Part shown: piece after piece, positions 10,109-19,976 of the stretch
Layout of the letters: each line of letters starts with the position of its first letter
Position numbering within the stretch: position 1 is the stretch's first letter
Made by a program: the position numbers and the translations under genes
Assembly (NCBI GenBank): GCA_963783885.1
Contig: CAWAPJ010000012.1
Coordinates: 1 to 64,000 of the forward strand
Length of the DNA: 64,000 nt
Direction of reading: 5' to 3'
Origin: Waddliaceae bacterium
GTDB taxonomy: Bacteria; Chlamydiota; Chlamydiia; Chlamydiales; SLFE01
The notes under the pieces: model-generated
The model's database searches: none
What the model was told of the DNA's origin: nothing
What the model saw: the letters and a program-made list of their open reading frames with translations, nothing else

Positions 10109-10984
10109 TTAAAAAAAAGTAATGGCAATGCTGATGCCGTTTACAGTCATATGGAGGAAAATAGAGGCAATGAGGCACTGCTGGCGCTCATAAACATAAC
10201 CCAGGTAGCAGGATAGGGCAAACAGGCCGGGTATCAGCTGCCAGTTCAAGAGACCCTGGCCAAAGGAAAAATGCAGCGAAGCAAAGAGAATGGATGTGAA
10301 AATAATGGAAAGGGAAAGAGGGAGAAAAGTTCTCAGCCAGTTTTGCAAAAAGCCTCTGAAAAGCAATTCTTCGCCGATTGGAACAATGAAGATGACAGTG
10401 GCAATTGTGGAGAAAAACAGAGGTTTATACGCTGTGATCTCTTTCATATATTTTAACATTTCCTGGTCAGTATTGGGAGGGGCCTCTCCATACCACAGGA
10501 TCATGGCAATGGCGACAAATTGACTGATGATCACAACCCAGGGATAAGCCAGCAGCCACGTAACCATTCCGATGAAGGCGCTTTTAACTATCTTCCCGAA
10601 CTTCAGGCCTCCAAAATTCCAGATTGTCTTTCTAATATTTTTTCCAAAAACAATGCTGACGACAAAGACAACCGCAGTCGAAATCAAAATCAGCGCAATA
10701 TTGATCCATCCGAGTTCAACTTTTGATATCACCGATCCGAGCTTTCTCGGAATAATTCCTGTTGTTAAGTAAACCCAGGCCAAAAGAGCCCCAGGTATGA
10801 GAATAAGTTGAACAAAAAAATAGAGAAAAAATGCCAGAAGAACAGACCCTATAGAAATATGCCGGGCTTCCCGCGGGGCAGGAATACGGTAATAACCTGC
10901 AAACCAGGCGATTACAGATGTAATGACCACAAATCCCGAGGCTACCAGAAAAATTGACGAATAATCATAAACTTCTGACAACAT
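10109..10984 (-). CDS. CPBP (CAAX/Abi) intramembrane metalloprotease
   Basis: PIGEELLFRGFLQ, FASLH and HMTVN motifs with many TM helices. Confidence 0.92.
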   Translation of the reverse strand: MLSEVYDYSSIFLVASGFVVITSVIAWFAGYYRIPAPREARHISIGSVLLAFFLYFFVQLILIPGALLAWVYLTTGIIPRKLGSVISKVELGWINIALILISTAVVFVVSIVFGKNIRKTIWNFGGLKFGKIVKSAFIGMVTWLLAYPWVVIISQFVAIAMILWYGEAPPNTDQEMLKYMKEITAYKPLFFSTIATVIFIVPIGEELLFRGFLQNWLRTFLPLSLSIIFTSILFASLHFSFGQGLLNWQLIPGLFALSCYLGYVYERQQCLIASIFLHMTVNGISIAITFF

Positions 10985-11049
10985 TGCTTAAAAACAACCT
11001 CCCGGTATATTAATTGAGTGTACAAGATCACTTAAACATTGTAAAGCGA

Positions 11050-12963
11050 ATGACTGGTATTGCCGGGATTCTTTATCCCGATATTTTTCATATTCATAAA
11101 CTAATGGACCCTATTCTCGACAGTCTGTCACAAAGAGGATCGATTGTTCATGAAGAAGCCGCGCGGGATGTATACTCTTACAAAGATCTGAGCCTCGGCG
11201 TCAGCGGCGGATTGATTGCAGCCAATCCCAAGAAAAGCTTAATCGCCATACTAGATGGAAAAATCTACAATTATGATGAGTTATCCCTCGAACTTAAAAA
11301 TGCGGGTTATGATCTGACAACGACGAACCAGTCTGAGGTATTGATTTATGCGTATGAGGCCTGGGGAGAAGAGTTTGCAAAAAAAATCAACGGGGATTTT
11401 GCTGCGGCACTATTCGACAAGAACAAAAACACACTTTATCTTTATCGAGACCGAGTCGGAGTGAAACCTCTTTATTGGTTTTTTGATCAAAACCATTTTA
11501 TTTTTGGCAGCGATATCAAATCCTTGCTGGCTTCAGACATTATTCCCCAAACCCCGGCGACAGACTCCATAGCCTTTTATCTGGCTCTCGGCTACATTCC
11601 TCAGGACATGACTCCTATTCAGAACGTCAATAAACTACTACCTGCCCACTACCTGAAGTTCTCTCGGGAAACAGGCATGTCGATCCACCCTTATTGGTCT
11701 TATGGAGAAAAATTTCTAAGCAGCAAATCAGAACCTATAGAATCTGTCCGCAGCAACCTCGATGTTTTGCTCAATGAGGCGGTTAAGAAAAGGCTTCCTT
11801 CCGACAAGACTCTGGGATGCTTTTTGTCCGGAGGCATCGGGTCTGCCAGCGTCGCCCATTGCATTCGCCAGATGCGTCCCTACGATGAAATCTCCGCCTT
11901 CTCGGTAGGATTTAAGGGGCAAAACGACAGCGATGTGATGGCAGCATCCGGTTTTGCCCAGGCAGCTCATTTGGAACAGACAATTGGAATCATCACACCC
12001 AAAACTCTATTGGATGATTTTGTCAAAATCATCTGGAATCTAGACGAACCTATTGCCGACCCCACCGTCATCTCAACTTTTAATCTCGCCAAGATTGCTT
12101 CAACGCAAACTCATTTGGTCTATTCCGGAATGGGCTCGGACGAGCTCCTTGCCGGACATGGACGGTACACCCTTTCCGAACAAGAGTCCAGCCTGAAATA
12201 CGGCGCTGTATCTTTGTGGCATTTGGCCCTAAGACATCTCATTGTTCCGGTAATCCAACAGTTCAGCCCCCACCAGGCTTTCAATATATTGAAACACGCT
12301 CAATCGAATGTCTGGCAAGTGGGTTATATCCGGCATAACTGTCTTTTTTCTGAAGACTTGCTGAGCCGGGCCGCACCGTCTCTTAGCGTTTTTTTTAATC
12401 CCGATGTCTTTGTTCAGAAATTCCATAATTTGCCCAACATCGAATCCCGCACATCTTCCTTTCTCTATTTAGATTTTAAAACAAGACTTCCTGATCTTTA
12501 CATCGCGCAATATGAAAAATTAACAATGGCCAATGGGCTTGATTGGAGAGCTCCCTATCTGGATTCGAACATCATCGATTATCTGGCGGGCCTGCCCGAA
12601 CCTTCATCGTTGACAGAAGCTGACACAGCTTCGATATTGAAAGAGATGTATAGGGAAATATTCCCAAAAGAACTCATCTACAGACCCAAAAAAACCCGAA
12701 AGAATTTTTTAAGCTCCTGGGTCAAAGAGGCCGGCCTCAAAGAAATATTCCAATGTTTAAACCGAGGTACTCTCGTCGAATCGGGAATTATTGACGAAAA
12801 CTGGATCCTAACTGTGACCGACACCACCGAAAATTGTGAAAAATATTTCCAAAATCTCTGGGCTCTTCTTGCCTTGGAAGTGTGGTTCCGGTTATTTATA
12901 AACTTCCCTATAGAACACAAATGTCCGGAAATAACTCTAATGGAACTTTTAACCAAAACCTAA
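11050..12963 (+). CDS. Asparagine synthetase B-like protein with degenerate catalytic motifs
   Basis: RDRVGVKPLY, LDEPIADP and SGMGSDELLAG are present. It has MTGIAG instead of MCGI, and SGGIGS instead of SGGxDS. Confidence 0.85.
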   Translation: MTGIAGILYPDIFHIHKLMDPILDSLSQRGSIVHEEAARDVYSYKDLSLGVSGGLIAANPKKSLIAILDGKIYNYDELSLELKNAGYDLTTTNQSEVLIYAYEAWGEEFAKKINGDFAAALFDKNKNTLYLYRDRVGVKPLYWFFDQNHFIFGSDIKSLLASDIIPQTPATDSIAFYLALGYIPQDMTPIQNVNKLLPAHYLKFSRETGMSIHPYWSYGEKFLSSKSEPIESVRSNLDVLLNEAVKKRLPSDKTLGCFLSGGIGSASVAHCIRQMRPYDEISAFSVGFKGQNDSDVMAASGFAQAAHLEQTIGIITPKTLLDDFVKIIWNLDEPIADPTVISTFNLAKIASTQTHLVYSGMGSDELLAGHGRYTLSEQESSLKYGAVSLWHLALRHLIVPVIQQFSPHQAFNILKHAQSNVWQVGYIRHNCLFSEDLLSRAAPSLSVFFNPDVFVQKFHNLPNIESRTSSFLYLDFKTRLPDLYIAQYEKLTMANGLDWRAPYLDSNIIDYLAGLPEPSSLTEADTASILKEMYREIFPKELIYRPKKTRKNFLSSWVKEAGLKEIFQCLNRGTLVESGIIDENWILTVTDTTENCEKYFQNLWALLALEVWFRLFINFPIEHKCPEITLMELLTKT

Positions 12964-12970
12964 AGTCATT

Positions 12971-13951
12971 ATGAAAAAAAACCCTTTATCTGTGATCAAG
13001 GCAGACCGACAATCCCCGGCCCCCGGCTCTGTCAATAAAATCAAACACAGGCAGCAAGAGGCCGAAGCTAAATATGAACGAATCTGGCTCACAAAACCTA
13101 AGCGATTTGATCCCAGCACTAATGCTATGGGACGTGAGAGAATAAAAGCAACTCTGGCTATTATCGAAGGCAAATTCAAACTTCAAGACATGGCTGTTGT
13201 CGACATCGGATGCGGAAACGGTCCTCTAGCAATCCCTCTTGCCGAAAAAGGAGCAAAAGTCACAGCTTCCGATATCGCCGGGAACGCAACCAAACTCATC
13301 CCGGACCATCCGAATATCAACAAAAGGCAAGATGCTTTGCCGATGACAAGTCTGGAGGACGACCTCTACGATCTTTGCATGTGCCTAGAGGTGATTGCCG
13401 AACTGGACCACCGCGATTTCCGACTGGCTATGGCAGAACTTTGCCGCATCATTAAACCAAACGGAGATGTTGTTTGCTCAACGCCAATTGACATCTATTC
13501 CGAAGATGCCTTCAACCGCTTCGCCACCCTTGCCGAAACCGAATTTAAAATCCACACCTGGAAAATCAGTCATTACGCTCTTTATTTGAGGCTGCTTCAT
13601 TTTTTCAAAGCCCCCTCCAAATTTTTCAATGCCTGGATGGACAAAAATCGCCGGGAAGAAGGCCTTAAACACAGAAGAGGCCTCTACCGCTGGTGGTTCA
13701 AAGTCAACAGCACGGCCATACCCGCCCTGATTTGGGCTCCTGTGCAGTTTATCTTGTATCCCCTTGTCTACTTTTTGGAACAAAACCACACCTGCATGTT
13801 GTTTTTTGAAAAACTCTGCCATTTCTTTCAGCAGGACCGAGGGATCAGCCATGTCATCTTTGTTGGAAAGAGGCGGCCGATTCTCGAAGAAAAGCACGAG
13901 CCTCCGATACCCGATAGGGCCCCGTTCAAAAAAGAAATTAAGTGGGAATAA
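12971..13951 (+). CDS. Class I SAM-dependent methyltransferase
   Basis: VVDIGCGNG, DLCMCLEVIAEL and IIKPNG. Confidence 0.88.
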   Translation: MKKNPLSVIKADRQSPAPGSVNKIKHRQQEAEAKYERIWLTKPKRFDPSTNAMGRERIKATLAIIEGKFKLQDMAVVDIGCGNGPLAIPLAEKGAKVTASDIAGNATKLIPDHPNINKRQDALPMTSLEDDLYDLCMCLEVIAELDHRDFRLAMAELCRIIKPNGDVVCSTPIDIYSEDAFNRFATLAETEFKIHTWKISHYALYLRLLHFFKAPSKFFNAWMDKNRREEGLKHRRGLYRWWFKVNSTAIPALIWAPVQFILYPLVYFLEQNHTCMLFFEKLCHFFQQDRGISHVIFVGKRRPILEEKHEPPIPDRAPFKKEIKWE

Positions 13952-13953
13952 AG

Positions 13954-14053
13954 TGCCGGAGATTGACTCATGGCATCGCATCAATTCCCTTAAGGCTGCT
14001 ACATTCCTGTCCTGACCTGGTTCGGGCGAGACAATTCCACAAGGTCCCCGGCA
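13954..14053 (-). ncRNA. ffs: Signal recognition particle RNA (4.5S)
   Basis: Minus strand contains GGTCAGGACAGGAATGTAGCAGCC (SRP helix-8 core). The ends pair (TGCCGG.../...CCGGCA). Confidence 0.92.
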
Positions 14054-14059
14054 ATAAAT

Positions 14060-14088
14060 AGTTTACACCGGTTTTCATTAAATGACAA
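14060..14088 (-). promoter_or_regulatory. Sigma70-type promoter for ffs
   Basis: TTGTCA-N17-TAAACT ending about 6 nt before the RNA. Confidence 0.7.
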
Positions 14089-14108
14089 CCCATGTATAGT
14101 TTTTACCT

Positions 14109-14708
14109 ATGAGAGAATTCAATGAGTTAATCAACGTTGTTGAGAGCCTCCTCGGCCCCGAAGGATGCCCTTGGGACAAAAAGCAGACTTTGAGCTCCGT
14201 CCGCCGCCACCTCATTGAAGAGGCCTATGAAGTCATCGAAGCGATCAACGACGAACACAATGAAAATATTGCCGAAGAATTGGGAGATTTGTTTTTTAAC
14301 GTCGTCTTTCTTTGCAAACTTGGCGAGAAAGAGAAAAGATTGACCACCCGGCAAGTACTGAAAGGAGTCATTGACAAACTAATCAGGCGCCACCCCCATG
14401 TTTTTGAGGAAAAAAAAGACATGGACCCCGAAGAAGTGGTCAAACAGTGGAACGAGATTAAACGGACGGAAAAAGCAGCGCCCAAAAGCCCCTTCGATTC
14501 GATACCCAAAGATCTTCCCACCTTGTTAAAAGCGCAGAAAATATTGAAAATCATGAAAAAAGAAGGATTGGAAATGAAGCTGGCTTCTAAAGACAACGCC
14601 GAAACCGATCTAGGCAATCAAATTCTTGAGCTCATTGATGCCGCTAACGAGCAGAAGATTGACATTGATATAGCCTTAAGAAAATCCCTGCAGCAAATCA
14701 TCAAATGA
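14109..14708 (+). CDS. mazG: MazG-family NTP pyrophosphohydrolase
   Basis: GCPWDKKQT, EEAYEV, EELGDL and KLIRRHPHVF. Confidence 0.92.
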   Translation: MREFNELINVVESLLGPEGCPWDKKQTLSSVRRHLIEEAYEVIEAINDEHNENIAEELGDLFFNVVFLCKLGEKEKRLTTRQVLKGVIDKLIRRHPHVFEEKKDMDPEEVVKQWNEIKRTEKAAPKSPFDSIPKDLPTLLKAQKILKIMKKEGLEMKLASKDNAETDLGNQILELIDAANEQKIDIDIALRKSLQQIIK

Positions 14709-15187
14709 TCAGAGAATTCACAGCGACAGTCTATATCATCGACGAAGAGAAACAAAAGGTTCTTCTCATTTTCCATAATAAGATGAAAAAATGGCTGCCC
14801 GCCGGAGGCCATATCGATCCTAATGAAACCCCTCCCGAAGCCGCCATTCGCGAAGCAAAAGAAGAAACCGGACTTGCTGTTGAACTCATCAGAGAGGAAA
14901 ACCTGTGGATTCACTATCCTAATGCAACAAGCATCGAGCGTCCTTTTCTCTGCCTGCTTGAAGAAATCCCCGCTTTCGGCAATCAGCCGGCCCATCAACA
15001 CATCGACAACATCTTTGTCGGCAGACCTGTTGGAGGAGAACTCGTCTGGAATCCCCGGGAAACCCGCGCTATCAAATGGTTCTCAAGGGATGAGCTTCAG
15101 AATTTGACTCCTGAAGAGGAGATTTTCCAGGAAACCCTCGATACCATCGAAGTCATTCTGTCTCGAGCAGCTCATGCTCTTTCTTGA
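14705..15187 (+). CDS. NUDIX hydrolase
   Basis: GGHIDPNETPPEAAIREAKEETG. Confidence 0.92.
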   Translation: MIREFTATVYIIDEEKQKVLLIFHNKMKKWLPAGGHIDPNETPPEAAIREAKEETGLAVELIREENLWIHYPNATSIERPFLCLLEEIPAFGNQPAHQHIDNIFVGRPVGGELVWNPRETRAIKWFSRDELQNLTPEEEIFQETLDTIEVILSRAAHALS

Positions 15188-16532
15188 CAAGAACGAGAAA
15201 ATTTTGTGTTTCCTTCACGATGATTCCCGATAGTGCGATAATGCCGATTAGATTAGGAAAGGCCATCAGCCCGTTAAAAATATCGGAAATTTTCCATACA
15301 ATATTGAGATCCAGAACCGCTCCGGGAAAAATGATCAGGGTAAAAATCAACCGAAAGTAGAAAATCGATGATTCGCCTAAAAGATACTCGATGCATTTTT
15401 CTCCATAATAGGCCCATCCGAGAAGTGTGGTGAATCCAAAAAACACAACCCCGATTGTGACGATGAATCCTCCCCAGCTAAACACCGAATTGAAAGCAGT
15501 CAGAGTGAGAGCCGCTCCGGTGACAAGCCTTCCATCAGGAGCCGTGGTTCCGAAAACTTCGGTCACACCCAAAACAAGACCCGTTAAAGTGCACATCACA
15601 ATTGTTGAAATGAAGCTTCCCGTCATGGATACCATGGCCTGACGGCCGGGGACATCGGTTTTCGCTGCAGCCGCGGCGATTGAAGCGGTTCCCAGCCCCG
15701 ATTCGCTCGTCATGAGCCCTCTGCTGACACCCACTTGCAGGCCGATGAGTATGGTAGCCCCGACAAATCCGCCGAATGCGGCCTGGCCTGTAAAGGCGCT
15801 GTGGAAAATTCTCCAAAGCGCCAAAGGGATCCGTTCAAAATGATATCCGAGAACGATCAAGGCCCCCAAAAGATAGAAGATGGCCATAAAAGGGACCAGG
15901 ATCGACGCAACGCGCCCAATGCTCTTAATCCCTCCGATCAAGGTAAGCCCCACAAAGGCCGCCGCAACAATGCCGGTCAGATAGTGAGGCAGCGAAAACA
16001 TTGTATTCAGAGCATCTGCAATTGAATTCGCCTGAAGCATATTGCCGCCTCCGAATGAAGCGATCGCGCCAAAAAGTGCGAAGGAAAAGGCAAGCCAGTG
16101 CCATCCAAGCCCTTTTTCTATAAAAAACATCGGTCCCCCGACCATTTCCCCATTCCTGTCGACATGGCGGTACTTGATCGCAAGATAAGCTTCTCCATAC
16201 TTGGTCGCCATCCCCAAAAGCGCAGTCACCCACATCCAGAAAATGGCCCCATACCCGCCGATCACAACAGCTGTAGACACACCGGCGATATTGCCGATGC
16301 CTATGGTCGCTGCAAGAGCCGTCATCAATGACTGAAAATGGGAAATATCGCCTCTCCCCTCATGAGGCTGGTTCATACCGACAGCGACTTTCAAACCATA
16401 CCAGAGGTAACGGAACTGAATGCCCCGCAAGACAATAGTGAGATAAATCCCCACAGCGGAAATGAGTATCAGCAGCGGATATCCCCAAACAATCTCATAG
16501 AGAGTTTCAAGTCCAGATTCAAAGAGCCTCAA
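15153..16532 (-). CDS. Alanine/glycine:cation symporter (AGCS)
   Basis: ALAATIGIGNIAGV, GAIFWMW, GGPM and WAYYGE. Confidence 0.93.
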   Translation of the reverse strand: MRLFESGLETLYEIVWGYPLLILISAVGIYLTIVLRGIQFRYLWYGLKVAVGMNQPHEGRGDISHFQSLMTALAATIGIGNIAGVSTAVVIGGYGAIFWMWVTALLGMATKYGEAYLAIKYRHVDRNGEMVGGPMFFIEKGLGWHWLAFSFALFGAIASFGGGNMLQANSIADALNTMFSLPHYLTGIVAAAFVGLTLIGGIKSIGRVASILVPFMAIFYLLGALIVLGYHFERIPLALWRIFHSAFTGQAAFGGFVGATILIGLQVGVSRGLMTSESGLGTASIAAAAAKTDVPGRQAMVSMTGSFISTIVMCTLTGLVLGVTEVFGTTAPDGRLVTGAALTLTAFNSVFSWGGFIVTIGVVFFGFTTLLGWAYYGEKCIEYLLGESSIFYFRLIFTLIIFPGAVLDLNIVWKISDIFNGLMAFPNLIGIIALSGIIVKETQNFLVLVKKEHELLETE

Positions 16533-17913
16533 AATGACTTCCTTCAGCCGGCAGTTGCAATAAGAATCGGTCTGTTTCTTTCTTAATCACAGCCGAAAGC
16601 ATAATAAGGGCCAAAAGATTGGGAATCACCATCAAACCGTTTGTGATATCGGCAATCAGCCAGACAATTTCCATCTTCAAAACCGCACCGGGAATGATCA
16701 TAACGGAATACAGAATTCTATAAAAGGGGACAGAACGCTCTCCAAAGAGATATTCGAAGCACTTTTCTCCATAATAAGCCCATGCCAAAATTGTAGAAAA
16801 TGCGAATAATACCAGACCAATAGTCACAATATAATTCCCTCCCCAGATTGAGGAGTTGAAAGCCGTAAGAGCCAGCGCCGCTCCATTGAGCATTTCGCCG
16901 CCTTCGCCTACCTGTCCCAAGACCCCGGTTACAGCAAAAACTATTCCGGTAATGGTGCAAACGATGATCGTTGAGAACAACGCCCCGGTCATAGAAATCA
17001 TCGCCTGGCGTCCCGGGCTGTCGGTTTTGGCCGCGGCCGCTGAAATCGAAGAAATGCCAAGGCCGGCCTCATTGGAAAAGACGCTTCGGGAGACGCCCAT
17101 TTGTATCGCAAGCATCAGTGTCGACCCGGCGAATCCTCCCAGAGCCGCCTGCCCGGTAAAAGCGCTGGTAAAAATGAGATTGAGAGCTTCGGGAATTTTC
17201 ACAAAGTTGATACCCAGAATAATCAATCCGGAAAGCAGATAAAAAACGCCCATGATCGGAACCAGCACCCCTGCAAAGCGTCCGATCGCTTTCACTCCAC
17301 CCAAAAGAACCAGTCCAATCAAAATCGCCACAACAAAGCCGGTAATCCAGGGTTTGATCATCCAGACGCTTTCCACAGCTTCGGAGATGGAATTTATCTG
17401 AACCAGGTTTCCCGTACCGAATGCAGCGACAGAAGCGAAAAGAGAAAATAAAACCGCCATCCATTTCCAGCCGATTCCCCGCTCGATATATTCCATCGGC
17501 CCGCCAACCATTTCCCCCCTCTTGTCAACGATGCGGTACTTGACCGCAAGGAGGGATTCGGCATACTTGGTCGCCATCCCTAAAAATGCCGTCACCCACA
17601 TCCAGAAGATCGCTCCGAATCCACCGATTGTGACAGCCGTTGCGACACCGACAATCGAACCGGTCCCTATAGCTCCCGCCAAAGAGGTCATCAAAGCGTC
17701 AAAGGGGGTGATATCTCCTTCGCTTTCCGACTTTGATGGAGAAAAGACCTGTTTGAACGCATAACCTAAATAACGAAACTGCATCCCTTTTAGAAGAAAC
17801 GTTAGATAAACTCCTGTACCGAATATAAACAGAAGCAGCGGCACGCTCCATATGGCATTCTTGACATTTATGAGAATTGACTCGATTTCAACCATTTTTC
17901 TGTAAAACTCCAC
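16519..17913 (-). CDS. Alanine/glycine:cation symporter (AGCS, tandem paralog)
   Basis: GAIFWMW, GGPMEYI, FSNEAGLG and WAYYGE. Confidence 0.93.
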   Translation of the reverse strand: MEFYRKMVEIESILINVKNAIWSVPLLLFIFGTGVYLTFLLKGMQFRYLGYAFKQVFSPSKSESEGDITPFDALMTSLAGAIGTGSIVGVATAVTIGGFGAIFWMWVTAFLGMATKYAESLLAVKYRIVDKRGEMVGGPMEYIERGIGWKWMAVLFSLFASVAAFGTGNLVQINSISEAVESVWMIKPWITGFVVAILIGLVLLGGVKAIGRFAGVLVPIMGVFYLLSGLIILGINFVKIPEALNLIFTSAFTGQAALGGFAGSTLMLAIQMGVSRSVFSNEAGLGISSISAAAAKTDSPGRQAMISMTGALFSTIIVCTITGIVFAVTGVLGQVGEGGEMLNGAALALTAFNSSIWGGNYIVTIGLVLFAFSTILAWAYYGEKCFEYLFGERSVPFYRILYSVMIIPGAVLKMEIVWLIADITNGLMVIPNLLALIMLSAVIKKETDRFLLQLPAEGSHFEAL

Positions 17914-17977
17914 AAGTAAAAATTAATTTTAGCAAATATCACAAAATAGATCAATAAAAAACTGTTAATATTAAAAT

Positions 17978-18871
17978 TTAAACTATTGATTTTAACTGAA
18001 ACTGACCGATGTCCCATAGAAACGCATCATCTTTTGGCGGTGCCTGGATCATAGCGAGCAAGCCGCAAAAGCAGTGCTTTTTCATCAGGGAAAATAGTCT
18101 TCTCAGCTCATCGCCAGGCGAGTCAGCAGGGATGATGGGTAAAAGAGGAGCGGTTATTGGATCGAGGCTTTGCCGGATTTCTTTCCAAAAAGCAGTACCA
18201 GAAAAAGCGATCACTGTATTTTTTCCTGCCGCAAGGCATAGCTTTATTATCTGCCGCTGATTAGGCAGATGATAAATTAGCCTTCCCTCGCCTGCGATGC
18301 TTTCAAGAAGCTTCATCTCTTTTTGCAAAATCTCGATCCGAGTTAAATACTGCCCCTCTTCATGAGTAAAAAATGAAGGATCGCTGCATCGGCTCTCCCA
18401 AAAAATATAATCTGCTTCAACAGACGACAAAGCTTTCTTAAGATATTGAACATAAGAAGTATCGAAAGGACTGCAAGATTGGCTCCAATCAATCTTTGGC
18501 CTCAGAATCACTTTGACACCCTCGGGTATCTCGCAGCCTTTGTTTTCAACGACCGCAGCATTGAAGCCGAAGGGAATCCATTTTTCCAATTGCTCCGAAA
18601 CATTGCCCGCCTTAATCCAAAGGGGGCGAAGGGGATAAAGGGGTTTTGTCTTTCCCAGAATCTCAAGGAGGAACCCGCTTTTCAGTGCCTCGGCGGCTTG
18701 TTTGGAAGCCCATACTGCCGCAAGTTCGCTTTCTGCATTGATGATGCATTTGCCGCCTCTTAATAGAATCTCGAAACTCTCCCCCCGATTTTCTTGAATC
18801 TGCCCCCGAACGATGGAACTTGCTAAATATTGGCTGTACATGGTATCAGTAACTTCTTTAGTCTTATTCAT
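17978..18871 (-). CDS. Hypothetical protein
   Basis: 297-aa ORF filling the gap; no motif recognised. Confidence 0.6.
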   Translation of the reverse strand: MNKTKEVTDTMYSQYLASSIVRGQIQENRGESFEILLRGGKCIINAESELAAVWASKQAAEALKSGFLLEILGKTKPLYPLRPLWIKAGNVSEQLEKWIPFGFNAAVVENKGCEIPEGVKVILRPKIDWSQSCSPFDTSYVQYLKKALSSVEADYIFWESRCSDPSFFTHEEGQYLTRIEILQKEMKLLESIAGEGRLIYHLPNQRQIIKLCLAAGKNTVIAFSGTAFWKEIRQSLDPITAPLLPIIPADSPGDELRRLFSLMKKHCFCGLLAMIQAPPKDDAFLWDIGQFQLKSIV

Positions 18872-18887
18872 GGATGGACCTTATTTT

Positions 18888-19976
18888 ATGACATCACGGC
18901 TTTTGCACTATCCCGGGACCAAATGCCAGCCATTGCCGACTCCCGATAATATCAAAAATGAATTTCCTTTAAAGAAAGAAGTCTATACCAAGATAGCAGG
19001 CTTCCGTCAAGAAATCATCAATATCCTTCAAAAGAAGACAAAAAAGGCTCTTTTTATTGTTGGCCCTTGCTCCATACATGATACCTCCGCCGCCTATGAA
19101 TTTGCCAGTAAATTAGAGCGGCTTGCCGAATATGTCTCCGAATCGATACAACTTGTGATGCGTGTTTACTGTGAAAAACCGCGAACGTCTCTGGGGTGGA
19201 AGGGGCTTGTTTATGATCCCGGCCTCGACCATTCAAACGATGTGGCCACAGGCATTCGCCTCACACGCGAACTGATGCTTGAAATTAACCGGCTCGGAGT
19301 GGCTGTCGGAACAGAGTTCCTCGATCCCCTCACCTGCCACTATTTTCAAGACCTTGTTAGTTGGGGGTGCATAGGAGCCAGAACCTCGGCATCGCAAATT
19401 CACCGCCAGCTGGTCTCGGGTCTGCCGATGCCTGTAGGTTTCAAAAACAGCACCGACGGCAACATTCTAAACGCCGTTAACGGCATGTGTTCTGCCAACC
19501 ACCCCCAGTGCCATATTGGACTCGATGATGCGGGGCGGGCGTGCACAATGAATACCTCCGGCAACCCCAACACGCACCTTGTTTTAAGAGGAGGCGAACA
19601 CACCCCGAACTATAATCGCCCCTCCGTCGCCTACGCCCTCGAGCTTTTGGCCACACACAAACTCCCCCTCCGTCTTCTCATCGACTGCTCTCACGACAAT
19701 TCCGGAAAAGATCATGAACGGCAGCCTGAAGTCTTCGACGAGGTGGTCGAGCAAATGTGCCAGGGCAACAAAAATATACTCGGAGTTGTTCTTGAGAGCC
19801 ATCTTCATCCGGGCAAGCAAAAACACGAAGGACCTCATTCCTGCCTCAAATACGGCATCTCCATTACAGACGGCTGTATGGACTGGAATACAACCGAAGA
19901 GCTTATCCTTCGAGCCCATGTCCAGCTCTCCAAAGAAGAAGCTTCCTGCAGATCATCGCTTGCCAGCGTCGACTAA
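18888..19976 (+). CDS. DAHP synthase (class I, AroF/G/H type)
   Basis: VGPCSIHD, RVYCEKPRT, IGART, GFKNSTDG, IDCSHDNS and SITDGC. Confidence 0.95.
   Translation: MTSRLLHYPGTKCQPLPTPDNIKNEFPLKKEVYTKIAGFRQEIINILQKKTKKALFIVGPCSIHDTSAAYEFASKLERLAEYVSESIQLVMRVYCEKPRTSLGWKGLVYDPGLDHSNDVATGIRLTRELMLEINRLGVAVGTEFLDPLTCHYFQDLVSWGCIGARTSASQIHRQLVSGLPMPVGFKNSTDGNILNAVNGMCSANHPQCHIGLDDAGRACTMNTSGNPNTHLVLRGGEHTPNYNRPSVAYALELLATHKLPLRLLIDCSHDNSGKDHERQPEVFDEVVEQMCQGNKNILGVVLESHLHPGKQKHEGPHSCLKYGISITDGCMDWNTTEELILRAHVQLSKEEASCRSSLASVD

Noticed and set aside
14109-15187. MazG plus NUDIX as an anti-phage module
   Set aside because: Both look like ordinary house-cleaning enzymes in a core-gene context next to ffs.
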